A stretch of DNA of 64,000 nt, taken from Lama guanicoe. Taxonomy: Eukaryota. The DNA is taken from positions 3,192,123 to 3,256,122 of the forward strand of contig MU053557.1 in the NCBI GenBank assembly GCA_013239625.1, written 5' to 3'. Numbering within the stretch: the stretch's first letter is position 1; each line of letters opens with the position of its first letter. A program made the translations under genes and the position numbers. Shown one piece after another: positions 12,343 to 24,873 of this stretch. A model generated the notes under the pieces. The model worked only from the letters and a program-made list of their open reading frames with translations. It did not search any database and was not told where the DNA came from.

Positions 12343-13110
12343 TTCATTTGTTTATTTATTCATCCATTCATTCCTTCATTTAACATTTGTAAATGCCTCC
12401 CATTCACAGTCCTAGGGATACAAGAATAAACAAAACAGATTTCCTGCCACTGCAACTGTAGGAGTTGAAACAGCAAAGAATAAGTCAGTCACTAAATTGG
12501 TAGAGTTGTTCCAACAATGATGAGTGACATTTAGAAAGAGGGTGAGGGGATGGTGGAGGCTTAGAAGAGGGTCAGGGACTGCTTCCGATTAGGTTTTCAA
12601 AGAAGGCACATCTAGGAAGCTGTCAGCTGAACTGAGCTCCGCAGGTAAAGAAACGACCGCTCCCTATTCCAAGGCTCCCTATTCCAAGGCACCCCAAGTA
12701 CCGAAGCTCTGAGCTGGAGATGAACATGTCAGGTTCAAGGGAGAGCAAGAAGGGAGGTCGGCTGACGCCGAGTCACTGGGGGGCAGTGGCAGGACTGGAA
12801 TCCAGACAGACAGTCAGGGCCAGGCCATGGGGACCCTTGAACACTGTGGTCTGGGTTTCATCCCAAGTGCAACAATTTTTGAGCTGGGGAGTGACTTGAC
12901 CTAATTTACATTTTTAAAGGATCACTCAGCTTATGCATGGAGAAATGACCTTATGGTTGGCAAAGTGGAAGCACTGAGACCGTTGCTGGGTTCATGCAGT
13001 TAGGTGATAGAGGGTCGAGCTCAGGTGGTGGTGGCAGGGGTGAAAAATGGTGACAAGTGGCTGGATTAAGAGTCTATTCTAAAGGCAGAGCCCACACAGT
13101 TGCACAGCTA
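12343..13110 (-). mobile_element. L2 3' fragment
   Basis: (TTCA)n-like L2 tail followed by typical motifs GACTTGACCTAATTTACATTTTTAAAGGATCACTC and TATTCTAAAGGCAGAGCC. Confidence 0.75.
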
Positions 13111-13844
13111 GCACACACTGAGCTGGGCCTTAACCCCACCATCTGCTGAGGACAAAGCCCAGCCACCTCTCAACCTGCTTGTGTCTTCTTACTAATGAAG
13201 TCCAAGTAGGTTGAACTCATACATTTAAGCGATGACAGACCACACGGTCCTCAAACACGGAGGACGCAGGTGCAACAGAGCCCCCCACAGTCAACATCTA
13301 CAGCACCTCCTATTTCCTCTCTCGTAGCAAGAGGTTTTACCAGCAGCTCAAGCTCATTTGACTTTTTTTTTTTGGCTATTGCATATTTATCAGGTCTTAC
13401 TGTTACAAATACTTCTAAAATAGCTATTTGTAAAACTCCGGCACAGAGAGCTTCCACATCCACTCATGTTGCAGAGGTCCGGCTCTGGTTTCCTGCTTCA
13501 GCAAGCGTGACCTGCTGTGGGTAACTGACTCTCCTCCGACAGCTCAGATTTCCTGGGGGCCTGGGGTCCATCACTAATGACTGTTAATTCTTCATTATGT
13601 GAAGCTGTCCATTTTGACGTGTGAAGGTATAAGCCACTGGGAAACCTTTGTAGTGAAACTCGAATACCTTCACTATCTTTTCAAACTTCCCAGATCTCTA
13701 TTTTTATCCTAAAATCAGGGGCCAAATAGTTCCTGTTCAATCATTTAAGTGGATTCCAGGCCACTGAGACTTCAGAGGACATTTTTTTCTCTTCCTAACT
13801 TTAAGCAACTCGGTAACAATGGTTACTAAACAGTGTGGGTTGAC

Positions 13845-14030
13845 TTCAGTGTAGTGACAGTTTTAAAGTCAGACAAAGAGATGAATTTGGACCTAACTCA
13901 ATCACTTAGCCCATAAATATGTAACTTTCGATGAGTTAACTTTCTGAGCCTGCTTCCTCATCTGCAAAGTGGAGCTAATAATAACTATACTTCAGGCATG
14001 TTACAAGCGTGAAATGAGATGCCACATACA
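13845..14030 (+). mobile_element. MIR
   Basis: TCTGAGCCTGCTTCCTCATCTGCAAAGTGGAGCTAATAATA...TGAAATGAGATG. Confidence 0.7.
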
Positions 14031-14186
14031 AAACTATGATTCCAAATCAAGTTAGTATGGGCTTTGGCACAGCATTATTTCTTAGAAGTAGTAATAATTA
14101 TCTGGGTTTCCCATTTCAGTTCATGGACAACTTCCCAAGTTTGAAGTTCTGAATTTTGAATGTCTTTGTTCTTACCTTCCTCTGGT

Positions 14187-14414
14187 GTTAGTTTGCTAAG
14201 GCTGCCATACCAAAGTGTCAGAGATTGGGTGACTTAAACAACAGAAATTTATTTTTTCACAGTTCCAGAGGCTGAAACTGGATCAGGGCCCACTCTAATG
14301 GCTTCATTCAACTTAATCACCTCTTTAAAAACCCTACCCCTAAATATAGTCACCTGCTGAGATCCTGGGGGGACCTCGAAACATGCATTTTGAGTGGACA
14401 AATCTGCCCATAAC
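14187..14414 (-). mobile_element. MLT1A-like MaLR LTR with an internal deletion
   Basis: TGTTAGTTTGCTAAGGCTGCCATA...CTTAAACAACAGAAATTTATT...CACAGTTCCAGAGGCT joined directly to GGATCAGGGCCCACTCTAATG...TAAATATAGTCAC...GCCCATAACA. Confidence 0.8.
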
Positions 14415-14460
14415 ACACTCCCCCTCACATTCTCCCCTACAAAAAAAAAAAAAAAAAAAA

Positions 14461-14495
14461 NNNNNNNNNNNNNNNNNNNNNNNNNNNNNNNNNNN
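14461..14495. other. Assembly gap (35 N)
   Basis: Run of N directly after a 20-nt poly(A). Confidence 0.99.
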
Positions 14496-15481
14496 ATTCA
14501 TTGTGGGGGGACAAACCTCCCCAAAAAACACCCCCCCCCACATTCTCCCCCAAAAAAAAAAAAAAAAAAAAAAGGTGAGACTAGCACTGAACCAGAGCAA
14601 GGGAAATGAGTCCTTTGCCTCTTTTTTTAAAAAAAGAATTTGCTGCGTGACCTTGGGCAAATTATCTGCCCTTTCTGGCCCACATTTTCTTAATCATTAA
14701 AATGAGAGGCTTGGAATAATGGATCCCTTATTTCTCATCCTGCCCTTAACCAAGCAAAGCTAAGTTTTCCCCATGATTTCTCACATCAAAGAATCTGAGA
14801 CCGAGTGTGCAATGAAGTAACCAAAATCAAAACAAAACACAGCAAAACAAAATCATACCTTCTCCGTATGAATAAACCTAGAATGAATTTTCTAGAAGCA
14901 GAGGCTTATGGTCAATTGCTTGAAAACTATTCAAGTTGTTTAAAGCCCTCTCTCTCTGTAAGGCCATAATTTAAACCAATTTATTCGGCTAAACCAGAAA
15001 CCTCGCTATGAATTTAGCAATATCCTCAAACAAAGTAATCTCATCAAGATTTGGGGCAGGGACTGGCTTGGAAGGAAAGAGGGTACAATTTCAAATAAAG
15101 GTATCCTTGAAAGAATTAAGGGGGAGAAGTTTTTTTAAAAGAAACACATATACACACAGAAAATGCAAAATTAAAACCAGCTCCCAAGCTTATAGGTTAA
15201 GTCATTAAGGGCATGGGGAAGGTGGAGGGAGGAGCGGGCATATTTCCTCTCCAGCTGTGTAGCTTTCAGTCCTAAGACACTGTGCACCTCACAGATGGCA
15301 ACAGCCTCAGCAAGACAGGGAGGCAAGCAAGGGTGGCGGGGAGAAAACAAAGGTGCTCACTTGAGAGCAGAAGAAAACAAAGAGGGAAAGTAGAATTTTC
15401 CCAGGAAAACAGCAGAACTGCTGGAGCTAGTGGAGTGATGACAAGAATATAAAAGTAAGATTAAAGACACCAGGACGCTAA

Positions 15482-15615
15482 GGGGAGGGTATAGCTTGGT
15501 GGTAGAGTGCCTGCCTAGTATGCACAAGGTCCTGGGTTCAACCCCCAGTGCCTCCATTAAAATAAATAAACCTCATTACCACCCTCCCCCAAATAAATAA
15601 AAGTAACTTTTTTAA
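15482..15615 (+). mobile_element. tRNA-Ala-derived SINE (vic-1 type)
   Basis: Same head and tail as the other copies; 14-bp TSD AAAGACAC(C/T)AGGAC at 15463-15476 and 15616-15629. Confidence 0.92.
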
Positions 15616-15779
15616 AAAGACACTAGGACTCAAATCAGAGTCCAAGACTCAAAAACTGAGCAGTTTTGGGGCAAGTTACTCAACTCCTCACCCTGGGGTA
15701 GCTAAATTTAATTTAATGTAATTTAACTTCAGTTAAAAAAAACCAGCCAAACTGAAAACAAACCTACCATCTCATTTGT

Positions 15780-16110
15780 ACTGTTAATATCACGAACAAC
15801 CAAAAAATTCAAGCAAAATGGGATTTTTTTGAAGCACTGGGGTAATACGTAGGTATTTCAAATTATGTTCTGAAAGAAAATTTAAAACGGGGAAAGATGT
15901 CATAATACATTGTGGAATATAAAACAGCAAATATGGGGGACCATTTTAATAAACAACATACACAGTAGTAAGAAAAAACTCTAGATAGATGTAGTCAAAC
16001 TTTCCAATGCCTATCAGCTGAAAAAATTTCATGGGCGCTTATTTTTACTTTCCTTGTTTTGTTGGCTTTTTGGTAAATTTTTCTACAATCATCACTTTTT
16101 TTTTTTTATA
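15780..16110 (+). mobile_element. Decayed L1ME-like 3' fragment
   Basis: A-rich segment ending in TTGGTAAATTTTTCTACAATCATCAC...TTTATAACTGAAAA, typical of old L1 3' ends. Confidence 0.45.
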
Positions 16111-18349
16111 ACTGAAAACACATACACACAATCATAAAAACATTCCATTCAAAAATGGCCAACCCAGCCTGAGGAATGACAAAGAACTACAGGCTGCTCC
16201 TTGGCCAAACCTTCTGAAAGGTGGGGTTTGCTGCACGAACGCAGACCAACCTGTCTACTGGCTGCTGACACCTGGAATGACCTGTGGGTTCCCGCAAAGG
16301 CAGAAAGATCTAGGTTAGATCCTGGTTCAAACTGTCGTGTAATTTTTCCTCTTTGAAAGAAGACACAAAGGTCTATATTAATTCTTTTAAATCATTTTCA
16401 GTAAGAGAAACAACAGGTCTGTCTGCAAGTAAGAAGTACCCAGGTAGCCCCCGAAACAGGCTGAGAATGAGGCCAGATGCGGAATTGGAAGGAGAGGAAG
16501 AGGGGCCTGAGAAGAAAGAAGTACAAGGGATGGATGGACTCCCTAGTACATTGCCCCCACTCAGATCCTGGACCACAGTTAATGCTCCTCGTTCTGCTCA
16601 AGTGCTGTTGTATTTCTCTCAGCCCGGAGAGCTTGTGCTGGGTTCTTAGAGACATGCCTTATCTCTTCAAAGCTAATATTCTAGAAAGTTGTCAGCGAAA
16701 GGGAAGATGATGTACAAGCAAAAATACATGTGCATTCTGATCATCTTCTCGCTTGAAATTATCTCTGCAAAGTAAGTGTTAAATCAATGCATCCATCCAT
16801 TCAACAAACATTTACAGAGAGCTTCATGTGTGCCTGCCAAAGATGCCAAAGACACAGTGCTGGAGATCAGTGATAATGACAGAAAAAAAAACCATCCCTA
16901 CCTCATGGAGTGTCCGTGGCATTATTTGGCCTTTGAGGGGAGGTTATTCCCATTGGATGGGAGCCATTGCATTTCAGATATTGGCAAGAGCAAGTGACAA
17001 GAGCTTGGGGGCCATATGTAGACTCGGAGCTGCTCCCTGGTGCTTTGCGTGTTGGTCTGACCAGTCTAGACTCAGGGCAATTGTCGCCTTTGTGCCCTTC
17101 TCAATGATAGCTTTATCCAGAAGAGACAATGTATGCGCCAGCAAATGAATCACGATACCAGTTTAATAATACTCTTTTGAATTAATACTCAAGCTCTGCT
17201 AAGAAAAAGACCTATCAATCATCATTATCCTGCTGCTCCCTTGGACAGAGTCTACTCTCTGAATGAGTCTTAATCAAGTCTACTCTCTGAATGAGAAAAA
17301 GCCTGGGATTTTAAAGGTGAAAAAACAACCAAAGACCGTTCTATCCAACACAGATGTGGGCCAGTCCTGCTGCGTTTAAGCCAACAACTACTGCCCTCAT
17401 CCATGTCCTCACTATGCTCTCTTCCATCCCGGGAAGGGATTAGAACTCCTCTCTGTGGATCTGGAACCAAGTGTAGAGGGCTGACTATGATCTCAGGAGA
17501 AAACAGAAGGCAAAATAAAGGCTCACAGGATCATTTGCACTGGCAGGGACTTGGGGATCATCCAGTTCAATGCCCTCATCTGATGCAGAATCGGAGAGGG
17601 ATGTTAAGGGTTTGCCCAGAGTCACACATAAATTAGAAGCAAGGGCAGGCCTGGACCACAATGTGCCGACACTCCATCCAGGGCTCTCTTCCTTTCCCTG
17701 CATCACAAAACAAGGGGGCGCCTTTGCTCTACTAGGCAGAGGAACCCCTCTCTTTAAAAATAAAATCTCACTTTATCCTCCATATCCTCCATAGCTCAGT
17801 GTCCAGCACTTCCATAGGAACTAAAAAGAAAAAGACTAATTTAGCCAAGAGAAACGTGCCCTTGAATCCTGGATGTCCCCACAGGCTCCTGGACCCTTCT
17901 AGAGTGGAGCTCCCCCATCTGGCTTAGAGTGCTGGGTGTATCCTGGGTTTCTCTGCTTGGCTGAACGAGAACAGAGAGCCTGGCTCCTTCTACATCTGGG
18001 CAGAGGACAGGGACAGAGAGTGAGAAGGGGCTCCGGGCCAGATCCGAACTTATGCAAGGCCAAAAAACAGCATCTGAGCTTCCACCCTGCACTCAAACAT
18101 GCTCCTGGGTAAGAGCCAGGAGCCAGCTAAGACAGCTGGCAAGGCAAGGCATGAACCGCGATGTGGAGGACATGCACTCAGTTGTTCCACTGGGGATGGG
18201 ACAGGTTTGGCCTGACCATTCCCACTCTTTCCAGCCTATGAACACTGGCCCCATGTGTGAGGTGTGGCTAGCTGGAGGTGAGGGGGTGGGGACAGTCACC
18301 TGTGGATAAGGAATTACTGCTTTCCTACCTGTGAAATTAACTCATATCT

Positions 18350-18540
18350 GGAGGGATCAATCCCAGGATCTTGCTTTTGCAGCTGTGTGACTTTAGTCAA
18401 GTTACTTAATCTCTCTGAACCTCTAGCCAGGATGTAAAATGACAGTTAGTCACTGTAGCTCTTGGAGTTGTTGTCAGTCAAATGAGAGAACCTATGCCAT
18501 TTGTGCCAAGGCTCTCAATAAATGGTAGCGATAAATAATA
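18350..18540 (+). mobile_element. MIR
   Basis: GCTGTGTGACTTTAGTCAAGTTACTTAATCTCTCTGAACCTC...CTCAATAAATGGTAGC. Confidence 0.7.
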
Positions 18541-19179
18541 GCTCCACTACGCTTAGTCCCATCTCTCTAAGCATGGGGTCCCCTATAATCTAGTTAACAG
18601 AAGAAATGTTCCTCAAGAGAACTGTATTCCACACACAGACTAGGGCCAAAGAAGAGGCCAAGCTGAGGAGCCCATCCTATTTCATCACATTTTTTTAGTC
18701 TATTTCATATATTGAAATAGATACATACTGAATTTGATGAAAAGGATTTCACAGCAGAAGAGTCTGAAAACAGAGGAGCCTATTTCTCTGGGTTGCCCAG
18801 GGTCTTTCTCACTGGTTTCCTTCTGGCTGCAGAAAATGGGAGGGGAAAGGTAAAAAGAGGACTGATTTGAAGAGGGAGTGGCCAGGGGGCAGTCCAGTCC
18901 TCCCATTAGCATCCATCCCGGGAGGTGATGGCATATTCACATTTCCAGTCCCCTTGAGATTAGAAGCATTGATTTAGTCAAAGAGAAGCGCACTTACCTA
19001 CTTATGTTGTAAACATTTTGTAAATTTTCAAATGTAATAAGCAGATATCAGTATTTCTACAAAATATGTCAGTGGGTAAAGAACAGAGAGCCTTTTAGGA
19101 TCCAAAGAGTTTTTTGGTTCTTTTTCAAGTTTAATTTTATTTTTTTGCAACTGAGCAGAAAGGACAGAGAAAAAGCCAT

Positions 19180-19445
19180 TCAACAGGGAGTTGTGAAAAA
19201 ATTGCTAGAAAGGGTATCCAAAACCCACATCAGTCTAGGCCAGAAGCTGAACAGGGCTGAAAGCAATATAGTTGAACTAAATAAGGAAAGTGTCCTTTAT
19301 TTAGGTTGGAAGAGTCTCTGTATCAAAGAGACCAAAAGGCCTCTGTGGGCCTGTCAGACATGAATGACAGGCATGAGTCTGAGCAACACGGTAACATAAC
19401 TAAAGCAGGAAACAAAGAAGGGTTTTTAATATAACACTGTGTTCA
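19180..19445 (+). mobile_element. CR1/L3 LINE fragment (RT C-terminal region)
   Basis: ORF 19145-19363 ...GVVKKLLERVSKTHISLGQKLNRAESNIVELNKESVLYLGWK resembles the CR1 RT thumb pattern (GG.A..LEDR..IQ.DLDRL..WAE.N.M.FN..KCKVLHLG). Confidence 0.45.
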
Positions 19446-21454
19446 TTTTTGTTGGCTTTTGAAAATATGCATTAAAAAATTGATTCCTAAGTAGTCTCTT
19501 TCTACTCCAGACCTTCATCAAGCCCTCCTTTATTCATTTCCACACTCCAAAATAGTGAAGATTTTATAAATAAATCACTGTTTCCTATCCTGAATACATC
19601 TGGAGTTCAGAGACCACTGTCCGCAGTCCTACCTCATTTGAGCCTTTCAGTAGCCCGGTGAGATAAGGAGGGAGAATTTTTATTTATAAACTGACAGTTC
19701 TATCACATCGACTTGAATTCTCTCAGGAAATCTATTTCTCCAGAATTCCCTCACGTGCCCAGCTGGCTCCGTCTTAGCTACTGCTAGTCAGAGTTCCTTA
19801 TCCACTTGAGGCAGTTTGCTAGTGTTTGAGAAAGGGGAATCACCTGGCTGGGAATCACCAACCACATCCCTGTTCAAAGTATAATGAATGAACACCCCAG
19901 GCAGGGCTTGCGCTGAGATTTTCCATGATCAGATATCTAAGATGCTTCCCATTCCTTTGATATTTTTTTCTTTTGTCTTTTCTCTGAAATTTCCCTTCCA
20001 CGATGCCTTACACGGAGAGAGGGGGCTTTGGGTGACATCTCTTCTTTTGGTGTCCCCAGCTCTAGTCCTCCATCTCCTAATATTTGTCCCCAGTCCATAG
20101 TGATGCCTACTGAAGCAAAAGGAGGGCACAGATCCAGGGATGGAGTTGCACTCATCCCTTCCTCAGGACCTAGTCTAGTTCAAGGCCCCGTGCTCAACTG
20201 CGCAGAGATCTGAGTGTTCTTCCAGTTCATGTGGCTCCTGCATGTCCCCTCCCCAATAAAAAATTCCCAGGGCATCCACAAAGCCCACAATCACATCCTT
20301 CAAATGAGATCACAGCATCCCGACTATGTCCCCTGGACCCAACTCTCCAGGTTATGTTCCAGACCGAGGATGTATCTTCCAGCAATTCTCAAACATCACA
20401 CACATACACCACAACCTCCAATGCAGCAAAAATGCATTAGCTGCAAGACAGTATTTACAGCAATCCAGTTAGTAGTCACAAAAAGTCAGTTCTCCATGAT
20501 TTGTCTCCTAGAGGGAATTCTGGAGGTCTTTATCCACACCTTTCAAAATCTCCACTGCAGGTGCATCTGGGAGGCAGCTGAGGCTGTGAAGTCAGACAAG
20601 ACATGGGTGTGATTTGCAGCTCTGCCCGAAATTCTCGCTGTGTAACTCTGGCTAACTGACTTCAACTGCCTATGTCTCAATGTCCTTAACTATAAAGTGG
20701 GTTTTTGCAGAGACCCTCATAAAAGAATACATGCCAAGCACTAGAACCTGAGTGTGAGACCTCTACCCTCCCTTGCAGGTTTAAGCTGCAGCTTACTTCA
20801 GAGGAAAACAATGAGTGTAACTACCCAAACTTTCCACCTGCAGAGCTGAGATGATGAACTACCATCCCCCAAATTGTTGCTTAGTTTATTCAGCATAAAA
20901 AGTAAGGCAGACCATGTTATGGAATCTCTTGGCCCGGAGATCTGGAAACAAACAAATGATTCCAACAGAAACCCAGAGAGAGAAGGATTTCCTGAGGCTA
21001 GATCAGACCAAACCATCCACATATCAAATCCCTGATGCCCACAGAAGTCCAGTCTCAAAGAATCACTGACTCCTGAGGTCTGTGCACCACTTGGGGGGTG
21101 GGGGGATGCCTGAGATGATTTTAGAAGGTGTAAAGATGAACAATTTCATTTTACCATTAATGTCTTTAAATTGATGTATGCTAGAGTAAAGCTATCCTCC
21201 ACAATTAAACCATGATTTTCTTCAATAATATTACCTAGAATGAAATAAAAGTTTAAATTATCAGGGAGGCAGTCAAAAAATATTACGCAGTTGACCATCA
21301 TTATTCAAAAAACAAAAAGAAAAAAAGTGGCAGGAAGAACAAGTTTCACAGGTCCTACAAAAAATAGAGACAGTGTGAGTCTTTCCTCTAAACCATTTGC
21401 CCGGCTAACATCACGATGGTAGGAGCAGAGCCACCAAGAGGGGGTGGTGATGAG

Positions 21455-21665
21455 GGATGTGCGTTTGGATTTTGGTCAGGTGCGTGGATTTGAGTCCTGC
21501 TTCTGACACTAATTACATCTCTGACCCCAGGCAGAGAAAAACAAAATCTATACAATTGGGATAACTCTCAGACAGTGTTGATCTGAGGATTTAATGAGAC
21601 AACGCTCGTAAGGCACATAGCACAATACCCGACACAAAATAAAACACTCAGCAGCTGCGAGCTGT
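21455..21665 (+). mobile_element. MIR
   Basis: GGATTTGAGTCCTGCTTCTGACACTAA...TGAGGATTTAATGAGA...GTAAGGCACATAGCACAA. Confidence 0.65.
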
Positions 21666-24600
21666 TCTCTTTAGGAACAATTTTTCATTCCTTTATTGAT
21701 TTAACATCCTCATTAGGCATCTATGTACCAGGCACTGTGCTGGACAGAGGAGACGGAGGAGGGTGACCACACCAGGTCCCTGCTCTGATTGGCTGGACCA
21801 CCCCAGCTGCCGTCTCTTGACATTTAGAAGCATAAGCTGGTGCTGGGCTTGGACAGGCAGCTCATACAGGTAAATGACCTGAGAAGCAACAATGAGATCT
21901 GAGACTTGAACTACTCCCAGGGAAAGCCCCAGCCAATCCTACCAGCGACAGAGAAATACTCCCTTCCAGGAAACCAAGAAACATGGGGTAGGAGGGGGTA
22001 GGAGGGGGTAGTAGGAAGGTTTCACTCTCAGGAGAGCAGCAAAAAGAGGTGGAAGGAAAAGCAAAAAAAGACAGCAAACAAACAAAATATTACTGTGTCC
22101 CCCAAATTGTGGGAGAGGGCGGTGCCTGCAAAGGCAAAGGTATTCAGCAAGAAAGACTGCCCCCATCAGTCCTCAGATTACAGTGACATTTTAGCTACTG
22201 GGTGGGGCAGCCTTCACAGAAAAGAATATAGAGAAGTAACAACTCCAATTCTATAATCTTACCATTTTTATAAAGGCACTAGAATTGACAGTAGGGGATA
22301 TATGTTATATTTAAATCATTAACCATATTTTCTATATATGTAAATCTGTGTCCACATTTTTATGTTTTTACCTATATCGAGGAAAGGTATCTCACCCCTT
22401 GTAGTCTGTAGATAACCGTAATCATCTATAGATATGCAAGTGTTCAAAAATTACAACGATATTTTGTTCTAAACTAGAATCCTTGTTCATGGAAATACAA
22501 ACACAAAGCGTGAGAAAAATCTACAAATGGATTCCTCGCCCCCAAAGACCAACACCCCGCCTCCTGCCGTACCCCTCTGCCTCCACTATCCCACATCCCT
22601 CTCAACAATGAATGCAAGGCAGGCTGGCTTGAAGAAATTCACAACCACTATCCATTTCTATCACAGCTGCAGGAGACACAGCCTCCCTCAAGGCAGAGGC
22701 TGCTATGCAGCACCACGCCCCACACACAGAGAAAGGATGGAAGCCACACTGAAAATGAAGGGCGCACCCCAGGGAAGAGCATCCAGGCAGGAACAAAAGG
22801 GAACCCCCTGCAAACCTGGCCCTGGGATTAGGGCACAGCCACATTTACTGGGGCTTCTGAGACAGTTACCATAAAGGCTAAATTTCTGTATCTTTCCTTA
22901 AAGGTGGCTTAAGAGATACCTATAAGGATGGGCGTGGCCCTCAATACTGTATCAGAGGCTGAATCCTTAAGAAAAACCATTGTAGTCTCCAGACTGGGAA
23001 GAGAAAAATAATCTATTCTCTGCTTCTCCCAAACAGAACTGGCAAATGTACACTGGATGTAAAGCAAACACATATATGCAGCATACCTTCCACAAGAAAC
23101 AGCATGAGAGCTGAGGTTCATCCCTCCTCCGGGAAATAAGTACAAAAGCTGAGGTTTGTCCCAATCAGCCTTAAAAAAAAAACATGATCCACAGCTCTTT
23201 GCAAAGACAACTGGCACTAAGAAAATACTGTGAATTATAAAAGACCCACTATGTCTTCATAATAATGTAAAGTCAACGATATCAGGTAGTGATAAAGGAG
23301 GACAGGTTTAAACCCAATGCCTCTACCTGGCAAAAGGATCCCTACTCATTCCAATTCTATTCCCCTGGGGACCAGGTGGACTGCAGGTGAGGGTGGGGCG
23401 CATTTGTGTCAGGAGAAGCTCAGGTGCATGAAAAAGGCAAGATGCTACAGTAAAAATAAACCAATTGACAATAAAGTGCACTAGAGGCAAGAATTGCTTC
23501 CTCCTGCCTACAGAGGAGAAGGTCCTGAAGAGCAACTGCAAATGTACACAGGTTGTTTTAAGCCTAACAGAACAAGTGCCAACAGACTCACACCCACAGC
23601 AAAACCTAGTGGATTCGGGCAAATGGACTACAGTTGCAGGTACAGCGCTGCTCTTAGGGCAGCTGCGGAGCCTCCCAGGGGCCAGCTGATCACTTTCTTT
23701 GTTCGTCTTGCAAAGATGGAGTAGCCACCCATTCCCCCACTACACACACACACCATTCACTACAAAGCACAACAGCACTGCTTCGTGCTCGGCCAACAAA
23801 TGTCAGTGGTTTTGTTGTGTTGCTTTGCCCTTTAAAAAAAAAAAAAAAGCCCATTTCAGCCTGTCCTCTGTCCCTCCCATTCGGGGCATCATTTCAGTAC
23901 ATCCGGGAGGAATCCCGGACCCGGGCGCAGTATTTTGCCACGAGAGCTGCTTGCTGGATGCCCGCGAAGATGCGGCTTCTGTACCTGATAATGGCTTGTC
24001 CCCTCTCCGCCCCGCCCTAGGCGCCCGCCCAGCGCATCTGACACCCGCAGGGGGCTCGGTTTTGCACACAATGGCAGTTAGACACGGCATGCACACAGCG
24101 TGCGCCGGGCACCGCCAACTAAAATCTGCTCTAAAAACCCAGGCTTTTCTTGGGATGAGGGGGAGAAATGACAACAGAAATGTGAAACGCATCGAGGGCA
24201 AAAAAAGTTGGTCATTCTCACTACAGCCACGTTAGCTGCCCAGTCCCGAGTATGACGCACAGAAATATGAACTGGGGTAAATGCAAGCAAGAGGGGGCCA
24301 AGGTGAGGATGGATGGTCCAGGAACCCATCACCCTCGTGGCGCCGGGAGCAGATCCACGGGACTGGAGCTCGCAGAGGGGCGCGGTCGGGCTACCAAGTA
24401 CCCCTAGGGAAAGGTGTCACCTCTGTATACCCTGCCAGGCAAAAAGGAATCTTCTACAAAAAGCACACCTCGCCTGGGGCAGCACACACGCACACCCCAG
24501 GTGGCGCGCGGGTCCGGGGAGGGCCAAGAGCCCTGCGTTATTTGTGAACTACGGGGAGGTGGAAAAGGAAGATAAATAATCCAAAGTTCTCCGCGTCACT

Positions 24601-24834
24601 GTTTGGGTTTCCTCTTTGTTTTGTTTTCCCCAAACGCCAGGGTCGATCGGTCTGGGTGGCGCCCCGCCGCGCCGGCTGGACTGACCGCCGCTCTCCACCC
24701 CCCTGGACCCGGGGTCCTCGTCCATCTCCGGGGACCCGCCTGGGGAAGCGGGCGGGATCCAAGCCGCCCCCGCCCGCGGCACAGCCCGCAGCAAGCAAGC
24801 TATCGAGACCCAGAGGCAGCGACGCCCGACTCAC

Positions 24835-24873
24835 CGTGATCCGCGGGATGTTCTTCTTGCCTTGGTAGGACAT
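24835..24873 (-). CDS. DPYSL3: First coding exon (13 codons, MSYQGKKNIPRIT) of the short isoform of dihydropyrimidinase-related protein 3 (CRMP4)
   Basis: Minus strand reads GCCGCCACC ATG TCC TAC CAA GGC AAG AAG AAC ATC CCG CGG ATC ACG | GTGAGT: strong Kozak upstream context, 39 coding nt and a consensus phase-0 donor. The peptide is shared by CRMP2 (DPYSL2) and CRMP4 (DPYSL3). The codon choice and GC-rich leader match my recollection of DPYSL3 rather than DPYSL2 (ATGTCTTATCAGGGG...). The absence of exon 2 in the next 24.8 kb fits the long first intron of DPYSL3. Confidence 0.92.

Larger units (their letters stand above)
1..24834 (-). other. DPYSL3: Intron 1 of DPYSL3 (continues past the left edge of the window)
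   Basis: Begins with the GTGAGT donor (+ strand actcac, 24829-24834). I did not see exon 2 (expected peptide SDRLLIKGG...) in the sequence or in the ORF track. Confidence 0.85.

Noticed and set aside
24835..24873. Assignment to DPYSL2 or CRMP1
   Set aside because: CRMP1 begins MSYQGKKSIPHIT. DPYSL2 shares the peptide but, as I recall, has different codons and an AT/CT-rich 5' UTR. A BLASTN would settle it.
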